In this document: positions 26,320 to 35,924 of the stretch, piece by piece | How the letters are laid out: the number at the start of each line of letters is the position of its first letter | Position numbering within the stretch: the first letter of the stretch is position 1 | Assembly (NCBI GenBank): GCA_016776905.1 | Contig: JADHSM010000007.1 | Span: 73,438 to 137,437 of the forward strand | Reading direction: 5' to 3' | Length of the DNA stretch: 64,000 bases | Source of the DNA: Planctomycetota bacterium | Lineage (GTDB): Bacteria; Planctomycetota; UBA8108; UBA1146 | Notes under the pieces: generated by a model | The model's database searches: none | What the model was told of the DNA's origin: nothing | Seen by the model: only the letters and a program-made list of their open reading frames with translations | Made by a program: the position numbers and the translations under genes

Positions 26320-27317
26320 TTTTCAGGCTCAGCCAGGACTTTGGTCCCACGTTTTTTCAACCAACTCCATCGAGAGACTCTAGAAGCGACGGCTTCTAAG
26401 GTTTTGTAATAAGTATAGTTGAGAGCGGTTTCTTGAGATCTGCCGACTCCTGCAGAAAATGGCATTTTCACTTTACCGGTGTGAACTCGTACCAGTTTTC
26501 CTTCGGCGTTTCGTTCTAGGAGTTCAAGTTGCGCTTCACCTTGATAAATATTGGCGATGGGTGCGCCATAGAAGTCTTGCTGACGGACGAAATAGCATCT
26601 GAGTTTGACTTTTAAAACGGAAGCCGCGCCTTCTTGTTTTCCTGGAGAAAAGCGAACCTTCCCTCCCATACGATTGAGCTGATATTTCAAACCGGACGAC
26701 TCGACCTTTTTACGACCGAGTTTTTCATCGGCGACAACAACAATCATCTGAGCATTAGGACTGCCAGGCGGTAAATCGGGTGTGTTCTCGCGATCGAGCT
26801 TCTCCCAATCGGGAAGTGGGAGTTTTTCAGGAATCGCTGGAACCGATTCTGCAGGAGTATTGTCCATCTCCTTTTTGCGAGCCACAGCCTCAGCGCTTCC
26901 AGCGAGATACCAATCCCCGCCAATCCAGATATATCCCAATGCTTTCCGTGCGGCAAGATGGTCGGGGGAAAGAGCGATCACACGTTTCCAATGTATCGAA
27001 GCTTGAGTTTGTAATCTTTTATCGGTGCACCAAAGTGCTAAAGAAACATGGGCTTGAACGTCGTCGACTTTTATTTTGGCAGAACGTTCATTGTACTCGT
27101 CGAGAGGTGTCGAAGAGGTGGTCACCTTTTTGATCTCGTTCTTGTCGATGGTGACGATTTTTCCATCCAGTGTTCGGATGCTGACCAAGTCACCGATCTC
27201 TCTGACGATATTGCCTTCTAGCGATTTTCCATTTGTCAGTAAAAAGATATCCGCTGAAACGGGCAAGGTGGGAATTGTAACCAACAGAATTAGTGCGAAA
27301 CTGTATATGATTCTCAT
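26316..27317 (-). CDS. Secreted hypothetical protein with planctomycete-type N-terminal module
   Basis: Signal peptide (MRIIYSF...VSA), D.F.L.NG..LEG.I beta module, helical LALWC...PDHLAARKALGY..GDW motif. Confidence 0.75.
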   Translation of the reverse strand: MRIIYSFALILLVTIPTLPVSADIFLLTNGKSLEGNIVREIGDLVSIRTLDGKIVTIDKNEIKKVTTSSTPLDEYNERSAKIKVDDVQAHVSLALWCTDKRLQTQASIHWKRVIALSPDHLAARKALGYIWIGGDWYLAGSAEAVARKKEMDNTPAESVPAIPEKLPLPDWEKLDRENTPDLPPGSPNAQMIVVVADEKLGRKKVESSGLKYQLNRMGGKVRFSPGKQEGAASVLKVKLRCYFVRQQDFYGAPIANIYQGEAQLELLERNAEGKLVRVHTGKVKMPFSAGVGRSQETALNYTYYKTLEAVASRVSRWSWLKKRGTKVLAEPEK

Positions 27318-27367
27318 GTTTTTGGGGAAACCCCCAGAATTACAACTAGAGAAACATTTGGAGAAAC

Positions 27368-27408
27368 TATTGGTCAAAATATTGGTCAAAATATTGGTGA
27401 GACCAATA
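27368..27408. promoter_or_regulatory. FadR/PdhR-type GntR operator palindrome with tandemly repeated half-sites
   Basis: TATTGGT-GAG-ACCAATA (27392-27408) preceded by two copies of TATTGGTCAAAA. Confidence 0.55.
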
Positions 27409-27603
27409 AAGAAACCAATCCATCCATTCAAGAAACCAAGTGCACGCAGAGGTGCGAGGCGACCAATTCCGAAAGGGCTCAATTTCCTGTATCCTCTCCT
27501 GTGTCAGATTTCAATAGTAACGATCCAGACTTTAACAGTAACGTTTTACCAGATGTAGTTTTTAACACCGTGAAGACCATCGAGTGACGAAAAACATTGA
27601 ATA

Positions 27604-29388
27604 ATGGTTCCCATGTGGTCGAAAATTTTAGCAGCTGAATGCCTCTCACGGACCTCCCTATCCAAGGGAGGGTCACTAGAGAAATCAATTTCGGCTCTTA
27701 TCTGCGTTTTGACAACGACCGCCCTCTTTTCAGGATGTGGCGGAAATCAGCAATTTGAAACGGTCCTCTCCGACGAAACCGTCTCAGCGGGCATAGATTT
27801 TTGGCATGACAATGGAATGTCCGGAGAACTGTATTTCGCTGAAACAGTGGGTCCAGGCGTCGCCCTTTTCGATTGGGACAGTGATGGCGATATGGATGTT
27901 GCTTTCAGTCAGGGCTATCTACTCAAAAGTTCCAAGTCACCAGAGCCGACACGGCTGCTGACTCCCCCGTCAGGATTTGAATCAGGTTTTCGACTGTATC
28001 GAAATGACAGTCTGACCTCTGGGGCTCCAAAGTTCACAGATATCACATCTCAGACAGGAATTCAGTCGCGTGTATATGGCATGGGTTTGGCGATCACAGA
28101 TTTCAATCGCGATGGTCAGCCGGATGTCCTCATCACCGGATTAGGTGAAGATGAATTTTGGGTATCGACCGACTCTGGTCAGTATTCCAATCGGGCGCCA
28201 GAGTTAGGGATCAATGATGATCGTTGGACAACAAGCGCGATCTTCGCAGATCTGGACCGGGACGGAGATGAAGATTTATATGTTTGCGCGTACGTAGATT
28301 TCTCTCTCGATAATCATAAGCCCTGTTTTGGACCCAACAGTGTTGTCGACTATTGCGGGCCCAGTTCTTTTCCGTCACTCCCCGACCGTCTTTATGAAAA
28401 CATGGGATCTCATGCGTTGAGAGATATCACTTCTGAAAGTGGAATCGGAGCCGTTCCTGGAGCCGGGTTGGGTGTCGTGTGTTCTGATCTCGATCAAGAT
28501 GGTTCAATGGATCTGTACGTGGCGAATGACGGAGAAGCGAATCGTCAATGGCGTCAGGACTCACGACTCCATTTCGTAGATACCGCTCTGCTGAGTGGTT
28601 GCGCGCTGAATCGTGACGGGCGTCCGGAAGCCTCTATGGGAGCGGATTTGGGAGATTTCGACGGTGACGGGGATGAAGATATCTTCCTGACGCATCTCGA
28701 CGGTGAAACGAACACCCTGTACGAAAATCTCGGATCAGGTCAGTTTGACGACATTAGCGTCACCAGCGGATTAGGTATCCCGAGTAGGAAGTGGACAGGA
28801 TTTGGCACGGCATGGTTTGACGTGGATAACGACGGTTGGTTGGATCTGTACGTGACCAATGGCGCAGTCAAGCGTCAGCTCAGTCTCGTTGCACAAGGGA
28901 TTCCACATCCTCTGGGCCAGCCTGATCAAATCTATCGCAATGTCAAAGGACAGAAGTTCGAAATGATCCCTTATCAGCAATTACCTGCACTCCAAAAAAT
29001 GACTGTGGGAAGAGGCGCGGCTCTCGGCGACATCGACAATGACGGAGACGTCGATATCGTCACTACTGGCAATGGTGAATCGGCACGAGTTCTTGTCAAT
29101 CACCAAGGATCAAAGAACGCTTGGTTTGGAGTGAAATTTGAAGATTCAAAAGGAGTCACTCTCGATGGCGTAGATTTTAAAGTCGTTTTTGAAAATGGTG
29201 AAACACTGCACCGAAGATCTCGTCGAGGAGGATCTTATTTGAGCAGTCACGATCCGCGAGTCGTCGTCGGATTAGGGCAACGATCCGAACCCTTCATCGT
29301 GGTTGTCGAATGGCCTCATGGGAATGTTGAAAAAATTGGCCCGCTGACAACGGGGAAATATCACACCCTGAAAGAGAAGACCCCTTGA
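27604..29388 (+). CDS. CRTAC1-family FG-GAP/VCBS repeat protein with C-terminal ASPIC/UnbV domain, probable lipoprotein
   Basis: Many DxDxDGxxD repeats, GRGAALGDIDNDGDVD, GGSYLSSHDPR..GLG..VEWP, lipobox FSGC. Exact start uncertain. Confidence 0.88.
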   Translation: MVPMWSKILAAECLSRTSLSKGGSLEKSISALICVLTTTALFSGCGGNQQFETVLSDETVSAGIDFWHDNGMSGELYFAETVGPGVALFDWDSDGDMDVAFSQGYLLKSSKSPEPTRLLTPPSGFESGFRLYRNDSLTSGAPKFTDITSQTGIQSRVYGMGLAITDFNRDGQPDVLITGLGEDEFWVSTDSGQYSNRAPELGINDDRWTTSAIFADLDRDGDEDLYVCAYVDFSLDNHKPCFGPNSVVDYCGPSSFPSLPDRLYENMGSHALRDITSESGIGAVPGAGLGVVCSDLDQDGSMDLYVANDGEANRQWRQDSRLHFVDTALLSGCALNRDGRPEASMGADLGDFDGDGDEDIFLTHLDGETNTLYENLGSGQFDDISVTSGLGIPSRKWTGFGTAWFDVDNDGWLDLYVTNGAVKRQLSLVAQGIPHPLGQPDQIYRNVKGQKFEMIPYQQLPALQKMTVGRGAALGDIDNDGDVDIVTTGNGESARVLVNHQGSKNAWFGVKFEDSKGVTLDGVDFKVVFENGETLHRRSRRGGSYLSSHDPRVVVGLGQRSEPFIVVVEWPHGNVEKIGPLTTGKYHTLKEKTP

Positions 29389-31049
29389 GTAAAAGTCTTG
29401 GTTCCAAAATGGGGTTGTCCGCGGTCAGTCATGCCCAGCGTTTACGATTTTTTGGATATTATTCGATTTTATGTCTCGTATGCGTCATTGGCTGTGAAGG
29501 AGATCGCTCTTTATCCGTGGATCCTCCACAGATCCCCTTAGAGGCTTTCGAAGGAAGTGTTCGCCAACATCTGGAAGAAATTGTTCTTCTGCTGGAAGAG
29601 AATGAAAGCGCGAGTTCCTCTGAAGAGACATCGAGAAAACACGCTCAAGCAGCTATGGTTTACCATGCTTATGATTTAAGAGAATCGGCGATTTATCACT
29701 ACCGTAGGTCACTTGAACAGCAGAGTGATCACCGATTGAGTTACCTCTTAGCAAAAGTTCTCATGCTTGAATTTCTTCATGAAGAAGCCTTTGAGGTGAT
29801 TGAACCCTTCTCGTCATTGTCTCCCCCTCACATTGTTACACTTCTCTGCCTCTCGGAAATCGAGAATACACTCCAGCGAGATGAGAAAAGCGCGCAGGCA
29901 CTGGCGACGATCTTGAGCCTGAAACCTGATAGTGTTCCGGCCCTTTTCCAAAAAGGCCGACTTTTACACAAAAATGGGGAAGCGCAGGAGGCCTGTGACG
30001 TGATGCGCAGAGCTTTGCAACTGTCTCCAGGTGCGTCTGCGATCCGCTATCCTTATGCATTAGCGCTCAAAGAGATTGGGGATATTGAGGAAGCGGCTCG
30101 ACAAATGAAGCTCAGAGGTTCTGCGATGCCCAGACCGAGTGATCCTTGGCTACAAGAGGTCATGGCGCTAAGACGTGGTGGACGTGTGCACCTGAATGAA
30201 GGAACACTTCTTTTTGAAGAGAATCTCTACGAACGAGCTGAAGCGTCTTTTTTAAAAGCACTGGAGTTTGATCCTGAATCTGCTTCTGTGCATTTAAATT
30301 TAGGTTCGACATTATTGAAACTGGGTCGCCCAGATGAAGCACGTGAATCGTTCATAGAGTCGATCCGACTCGATCCGTCACAACCCTTAGCGTGGTTTGA
30401 TCTAGGTGTTCTGGAAGCCTCAACAGGTCATGAAACGCTCGCCATTGAATGCTATGACAGGGCGCTTGATCTGGATCCTGATCAACCCGAATCGCGATTC
30501 AATCGCGGGAACGCCCTGCGGAGACAAAAGAAGTATCAGCGAGCAGTGCAAGATTTTGAAAGAGTGTGTGCACTTCGACCGGGGAACACCTCAGCGTGGT
30601 TGGCTGAAGCGGTGTGTCATATCCGATTGGGGAATCATGAACACGCTCTCAAGAGATGTCGTCTTGGGTTATTGGCAACAGACAACAATGCACGGCTTGT
30701 CAGTATGGAAGCTCGCCTGCTTGGAACTCTCAGTACGGCTTCTCCAGATGAATTGAGGGGTGTTCTTGAAAGACTTCAGAAGGTCTTAGCAGATAGCCGT
30801 AATCTTGAATTTGTTGAATCGCGTGCGATGGTGTTGGCCGCACTGAATCGTTATCCCGAAGCACAACAACTTCAGCGAGACATGATTGACGCCGCTCGTC
30901 AGGCAGGCGAAGAGAAGATTGCACGACGGTTACTGAAGAATCTTGAGAATTACTCTCGGGGAGAACCGGCGGTCGATCCTTGGCCAGAGTCTGATTCTTC
31001 GGTAGACGCTTCACCGACGGGTTCAGCAGCGGGTTCAGTACCGCGCTGA
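29385..31049 (+). CDS. Tetratricopeptide repeat lipoprotein
   Basis: Lipobox-like VIGC and repeated TPR motifs (A..A..LDP...HLNLG, AWFDLG, FNRG). Confidence 0.85.
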   Translation: MSKSLGSKMGLSAVSHAQRLRFFGYYSILCLVCVIGCEGDRSLSVDPPQIPLEAFEGSVRQHLEEIVLLLEENESASSSEETSRKHAQAAMVYHAYDLRESAIYHYRRSLEQQSDHRLSYLLAKVLMLEFLHEEAFEVIEPFSSLSPPHIVTLLCLSEIENTLQRDEKSAQALATILSLKPDSVPALFQKGRLLHKNGEAQEACDVMRRALQLSPGASAIRYPYALALKEIGDIEEAARQMKLRGSAMPRPSDPWLQEVMALRRGGRVHLNEGTLLFEENLYERAEASFLKALEFDPESASVHLNLGSTLLKLGRPDEARESFIESIRLDPSQPLAWFDLGVLEASTGHETLAIECYDRALDLDPDQPESRFNRGNALRRQKKYQRAVQDFERVCALRPGNTSAWLAEAVCHIRLGNHEHALKRCRLGLLATDNNARLVSMEARLLGTLSTASPDELRGVLERLQKVLADSRNLEFVESRAMVLAALNRYPEAQQLQRDMIDAARQAGEEKIARRLLKNLENYSRGEPAVDPWPESDSSVDASPTGSAAGSVPR

Positions 31050-32440
31050 GCAGAAGCAGAGGTCTTAACCTGAACTTCGGCCCTCGCTTTGATCTCTTCT
31101 GGTTTCCCATTGCCAAGATCACTGACGGATTCAGCATCCGTGAGAATCCAGTTCCCTGAATTTTGTGTAAAATTGGCCGTCACCTTTAAGGGGATCTTCA
31201 TGGCCCCCACTGCAGCGCTCGGCATCCGGATGATCAGTTGCGCAGGTTTTTCGATTCCTTCACCCAACCACTCGCTGACCCGTGCTACCCAGATTTCATT
31301 TCCAAGAGAATCGAGAATGGATTCACTGAGGAATCTTCCTGTGGATTTGTCGAAGAGGATCTTCGCGGTTTGGGCTCCTTCAGGACGGCCTTCCCAATAT
31401 GAGATATTGAGAGCGCCGACTCCTGCATACAAAGAAGGTGCTCCGGTAAGGTCGAACTCCACTTCAACACGATCCTCGGAAACCGAAACGGACCCTGCAA
31501 ATAAAGAGGGAGCCTGAATCCAAAGATCTGCTGCGAGCCTGAGGTGAATGACACGATCCAGATGATATTCCAATAGGCGTGTTAATTTAATTTCTTCTGC
31601 AGTGGCGTCAATATCGATAACTTTACTGCTCCCAGAAGGAACATTGATCATCGAGAATTGGTAAGCGATGGGGCTCGATGATTTCGGTTTTCCTAACCAG
31701 CGATTGGAATGCTGAAGTAGTTTCGAAATTTCAGATTTATAAGGGGATTGTTCAGGTGCATTCAGGAAATAACTTTGAGCGAAGATACAGGAATCGACGT
31801 CCGCCAACTTCGTCCACAATCCTCGTAGGTCATTACGAAGAACGGGGGTCTTCAATGCTTTGCGAATCGCATTTTGAGCATTTAGAGCCCCAGGGTGTAG
31901 AGGTACTGAACTGGCGTTCTTCTCTCCCAAAATAGCCTCAAATAATGGAGCCGAAGGAGGCCTAACCAAAGTTTGAAGTGCACGCAGCGTGGCGGATCGA
32001 ACGACAGGACTTTCATCTGAAAACCTTGTTACGATGAGGTCTAGTACTTGAGCGTCGGGTGTTCTGGCCAGTCCGTATACCGCAGCTTCTCGGGCGTAAA
32101 CAGTCTCGCTCTCGAGACAACTGGAAAAGAAGTCAATTCTTTCCGCAGGGAAAGCTTCGATGACGAGCATCGTGACGACTTGACGAGTTCGGCCCTCATT
32201 TTTCTCCATCAATGGCAGTAATCTGGGCAGTAATTCTTTTAACGGGTTGAGCACAATTTCAGCCAAAGTTTGTCGTATTTGTGGGGTGGAACCTGTCGTC
32301 AACGATGTGACCCACCTATCGACTAACTCTTCGTTGTCGCCCACTTGAAGAACATTCTCTGTCTCAGCTCGGCTTGCGTGAAACTCGCTCTCAGCGGCGA
32401 GAACGTGACTGTTGATCAGTAGTGCCCATAAAAAAATCAT
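30950..32440 (-). CDS. Secreted HEAT-repeat protein with C-terminal beta-rich domain
   Basis: Signal-like MIFLWALL..VLA, HEAT-like AREAAVYGLA and DESPVVRSATLRAL. Start could be 32479. Confidence 0.7.
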   Translation of the reverse strand: MIFLWALLINSHVLAAESEFHASRAETENVLQVGDNEELVDRWVTSLTTGSTPQIRQTLAEIVLNPLKELLPRLLPLMEKNEGRTRQVVTMLVIEAFPAERIDFFSSCLESETVYAREAAVYGLARTPDAQVLDLIVTRFSDESPVVRSATLRALQTLVRPPSAPLFEAILGEKNASSVPLHPGALNAQNAIRKALKTPVLRNDLRGLWTKLADVDSCIFAQSYFLNAPEQSPYKSEISKLLQHSNRWLGKPKSSSPIAYQFSMINVPSGSSKVIDIDATAEEIKLTRLLEYHLDRVIHLRLAADLWIQAPSLFAGSVSVSEDRVEVEFDLTGAPSLYAGVGALNISYWEGRPEGAQTAKILFDKSTGRFLSESILDSLGNEIWVARVSEWLGEGIEKPAQLIIRMPSAAVGAMKIPLKVTANFTQNSGNWILTDAESVSDLGNGKPEEIKARAEVQVKTSASAQRGTEPAAEPVGEASTEESDSGQGSTAGSPRE

Positions 32441-32453
32441 TGGTTGGAATCTC

Positions 32454-34625
32454 TCACGAATAAAATGTTTCGTTGGCATTGGCCAATTTACACAAGTAAG
32501 AAGACGGAGTTCTGGAGTCTCCAGCTCCGTGTGCTTTCTCCAGTCGATCAACGATGACTTCAAGACCTTGTGTATCAGCATAGCGAAGCAAGCCCCCCAA
32601 ATGCGGTGGGAAGCCTGTTCCCATAATCATCGCAAGATCGAGCATGCCAGGATCCTGAACAACGTTCTCCTCTAGGCAGCGAGCCGCTTCGTCAATCATG
32701 GGATCTACGAGAGCAGCAATGATCTGATCTGGTGTTCTCGGCTTGTTGATGAGCTGTGAAGCGTTGACAGGAATATCGTTTTTCGTATTCCAAGTCATCT
32801 GGCGGCCTTGATGGCGATAAAATCCAATTTTGGATTTTTTCCCTAACCAGTTTTTCTGAACCATGTCTGACAACAGCGAAGAAGCTTTGTAGCGGTCACC
32901 ATAGGCCGCAAAAAGTGTGTTCGATACTTCCAAGCCGACGTCTAATCCGACTTCGTCCATCAATCTGAAGGGCCCCATCGGTAGGCCGTGCTTTCTGGCC
33001 ACTTCGTCAATCAATGGCCCCGGTGTCCCCGTAAGAAGTAGGCGGGAAGCACTGAGCATGTACGGAATCAAAATCCTGTTCACGAGGAAGCCTGGAGAAT
33101 CTTTAACGATGACGGGGTACTTCCCCAGTTTCCGAGCAAGAGAGAGAGCTTTCCCTACAGTTTCGGGAGATGTCCATTCTCCTGGGATCACTTCAACAAG
33201 AGGCATTTTGGGAACTGGATTGAAAAAGTGCAGCCCCACGACCCGATCAGCCACAGGACTATTTTCTTGAATGAGAGTCACGCTTAATGCTGAGGTATTC
33301 GTCGCGAAAATCGCATCTTCAGGTAAGCGGTCTGCTATGTCTGCTAGGACAGACTTCTTGACGTCCATACGTTCGACGACGGCCTCAAGTACGCAGCCGC
33401 AATTTTTTAAACCGTGTAATTCTTTGCCATATGTCAGTGCGGAAAGGAGCGCGTCTCTTCGTTGAGCGGTGACTCGACGTTTCTTGAATCGCCGATGAAG
33501 ATCAGCACCAATAACCTTGAGGCCTGAAAGTAATGAGTCTCTTGAAATGTCCCGGAGTCTTACAGGGATACCCTTTTGTAGTGCCACTGATGCCACACCC
33601 GACCCCATAGTTCCTGCCCCCAAAACGATCAGAGATTTTCCATCATCCCAATCGCCTTTAGGCTCTTCACGGGTTCCTCTTCGGGATCTTTCCGAATCCT
33701 GGAAAATATTTACTAAATTCCGGGAGATGACACCTGTGACCAGTTGGGATATTTGACGAGCTTCAAGGACCAGAGACGATTCTAGAGAATTTGAAGCGGC
33801 GTAACTGGCCACTTCGATGGCCTTTTCCGGTGCAGGCATTTTCCCACCGGTCTTTTTTCGGACTGCTTTTAACGCTTGCTGAGAAACGAAATAACGACCG
33901 AGTGCCGTGCCATCAACAAGTCGAGATAAGAATCCTGATCGAAGTTTGGAACGTCGTGCATCCACAGATTTCAGATTATCGGAGAGCATTTTATCGATGG
34001 TTTTCAGCGCTAATGTTCGAAAACCTTCAGGTGCGATGAGAGCGTCTACCACGCCTCTTTTGAGTGCAGCCTTCGCGGGCATCCGTCCGGCAGGAAGTAT
34101 CCATTGGAGAGCGCCCCTGAGGCCGAGCAACCTCGTCATGCGAACCGTCCCCCCGAATCCAGGGATGATGCCCAGATTCACTTCGGGGAGTCCTATTCGC
34201 GTCGACGGGTCATTCACTGCGATTCGAACTGAGCAACCCAGTGCGAGTTCGAGGCCCCCTCCCAGGCAGACGCCATGGATGACGCAAAAACTGGGAACTG
34301 GAAATCCACTGAAGTTACCAAAGAGATCTTGGATCAGTCGGCATTGATCAAAGACTTCATCAGGATCACTCGCGGATTCGATGATGTCGAGGTCTGCACC
34401 TGAAATGAAGTATCCGTCTTTTGCGCTTGAGACGATGACCGCCTGAATACCATCGTGTTCGATGGCCCTTGGCAAGGTTTCCTTCAAGTCTTCTAAAACA
34501 GATTGGCTGAGGACATTCGCATTCGATTCGGCATCGATAACGATGTGAAGAAAACGTCCTTTAGGGTCTTCTGTTGGGAACGCTCCGTCCCAAACGGAAG
34601 AACGGATCAGTTTAAATTGACTCAT
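32454..34625 (-). CDS. fadJ: Fatty acid oxidation complex alpha subunit (enoyl-CoA hydratase / 3-hydroxyacyl-CoA dehydrogenase)
   Basis: FISGADL, CLGGGLELAL, GLPEVNLGIIPGFGGT, LGAGTMG, ATNTSAL, GLHFFNPV, PGFLVNRIL, PMGPF. Confidence 0.92.
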   Translation of the reverse strand: MSQFKLIRSSVWDGAFPTEDPKGRFLHIVIDAESNANVLSQSVLEDLKETLPRAIEHDGIQAVIVSSAKDGYFISGADLDIIESASDPDEVFDQCRLIQDLFGNFSGFPVPSFCVIHGVCLGGGLELALGCSVRIAVNDPSTRIGLPEVNLGIIPGFGGTVRMTRLLGLRGALQWILPAGRMPAKAALKRGVVDALIAPEGFRTLALKTIDKMLSDNLKSVDARRSKLRSGFLSRLVDGTALGRYFVSQQALKAVRKKTGGKMPAPEKAIEVASYAASNSLESSLVLEARQISQLVTGVISRNLVNIFQDSERSRRGTREEPKGDWDDGKSLIVLGAGTMGSGVASVALQKGIPVRLRDISRDSLLSGLKVIGADLHRRFKKRRVTAQRRDALLSALTYGKELHGLKNCGCVLEAVVERMDVKKSVLADIADRLPEDAIFATNTSALSVTLIQENSPVADRVVGLHFFNPVPKMPLVEVIPGEWTSPETVGKALSLARKLGKYPVIVKDSPGFLVNRILIPYMLSASRLLLTGTPGPLIDEVARKHGLPMGPFRLMDEVGLDVGLEVSNTLFAAYGDRYKASSLLSDMVQKNWLGKKSKIGFYRHQGRQMTWNTKNDIPVNASQLINKPRTPDQIIAALVDPMIDEAARCLEENVVQDPGMLDLAMIMGTGFPPHLGGLLRYADTQGLEVIVDRLEKAHGAGDSRTPSSYLCKLANANETFYS

Positions 34626-35908
34626 GCTGACCATCCTTCCAGAAGCACTGCGCCTCCTTGGCCCCCACCCACGCACATAGTGGCGATACCGTGACCGCCT
34701 CCAGACTCATGCAGTTGGCGAGCCAATGTCAGGACGATTCGGGTGCCTGACGCTCCAACAGGATGTCCCAATGATATGGCCCCTCCATGTGGATTTAATC
34801 GATCTTCTGGGATCGAGCCGGGAACAGCTTTGAAGCCAGCCATTTTGGAATAGCTCGGGCTTTCAAGTGCTTGCTGACACGCCAAGACTTGAGCAGCAAA
34901 GGCTTCGTTCAGTTCAACAATTGAAATATCTTTCAGTGATAATCCCGCATCGTTCAGTACCGCTGCCATGGCGTGTACGGGGCCTAAGCCCATTCTTAAG
35001 GGGTCGCACCCCATGAACCGAGCGCCGAGCATTCGAGCCAATGGCTGATAGCCCTCTGCGACGGCTCTCGATTCCCTCATCATTAGAAGCATTGCTGCTC
35101 CGTCAGTGATGCCGCATGAGTTGGCCACCGTGACGGTTCCCATTTTTTTATCGAAGTAGGGTTTCATGCGACTCATTTTGACGAAATCTGTATTTTCTCG
35201 CGGTCCGATGTCCTCGGTCAGCATTTCGTCGAGGTGTGGAGGGATAGCAAACGGAGAGATTTCTCGAGAGAAAGCACCTCGTGAAGAGACGGCTTTTCTA
35301 TGACTGTCCATGGCATATCGATCTTGATCTTCTCTTGAAATGTTCCATTCGCGCGCCAAACGTTCAGCGGTGTCACCCATCATTTCTCCGCTGAAGGGAT
35401 CTTTCAGTCCTTCGAGAAGTCCGATTCTAGGCTTGAGGTCAGACCAACGAAAAGAGGAGAATCCGGCCAATTTTTCTTTGAGCGATCGAGCCTTATTTAT
35501 CGAGGCGATTTTGAAACCCAGACTGAGAGGATAAAGAAGTGGGATACGACTCATGGACTCTGCGCCACCCGCAAGTATCGCTGTTTTTTCATTCGATTGG
35601 ATACGAAGCATCGCATCGACGACAGACTGCATACCACTGGCGCAGTTTCTGGCAACAGTATAAGCAGGGACGGGCACGGGTAGTCCGGAGTGAAGGCTGA
35701 CCACTCTTGCGGGGTTGGCCCGGTCGGGAGGTTGAGCACAGCAGCCCAAGATTAACTCGTCAATATCGTCGACCGGAAATCCTGTGACGTCGAGCAACTC
35801 TCGAGTGCAGGAAGTCGCGAGCACGTCTACCGAGGTATCTACCAGATCTTCCCCAGATCGGACAAACGGCGTCCTGCGTCCTTCGACGATTACGACGGGA
35901 TCATTCAA
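34622..35908 (-). CDS. fadI: 3-ketoacyl-CoA thiolase
   Basis: RTPF, NCASG, LNEAFAAQ, GGAISLGHPVGASG, CVGGGQG. Coupled to fadJ. Confidence 0.92.
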   Translation of the reverse strand: MNDPVVIVEGRRTPFVRSGEDLVDTSVDVLATSCTRELLDVTGFPVDDIDELILGCCAQPPDRANPARVVSLHSGLPVPVPAYTVARNCASGMQSVVDAMLRIQSNEKTAILAGGAESMSRIPLLYPLSLGFKIASINKARSLKEKLAGFSSFRWSDLKPRIGLLEGLKDPFSGEMMGDTAERLAREWNISREDQDRYAMDSHRKAVSSRGAFSREISPFAIPPHLDEMLTEDIGPRENTDFVKMSRMKPYFDKKMGTVTVANSCGITDGAAMLLMMRESRAVAEGYQPLARMLGARFMGCDPLRMGLGPVHAMAAVLNDAGLSLKDISIVELNEAFAAQVLACQQALESPSYSKMAGFKAVPGSIPEDRLNPHGGAISLGHPVGASGTRIVLTLARQLHESGGGHGIATMCVGGGQGGAVLLEGWSA

Positions 35909-35924
35909 TAGGTCTACCCTTTCC

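Noticed and set aside
27318-27482. N-terminal extension with LTNI repeats on the 388-aa ORF
   Set aside because: The repeats are the non-coding operator-like DNA. The signal peptide starts at 27317.
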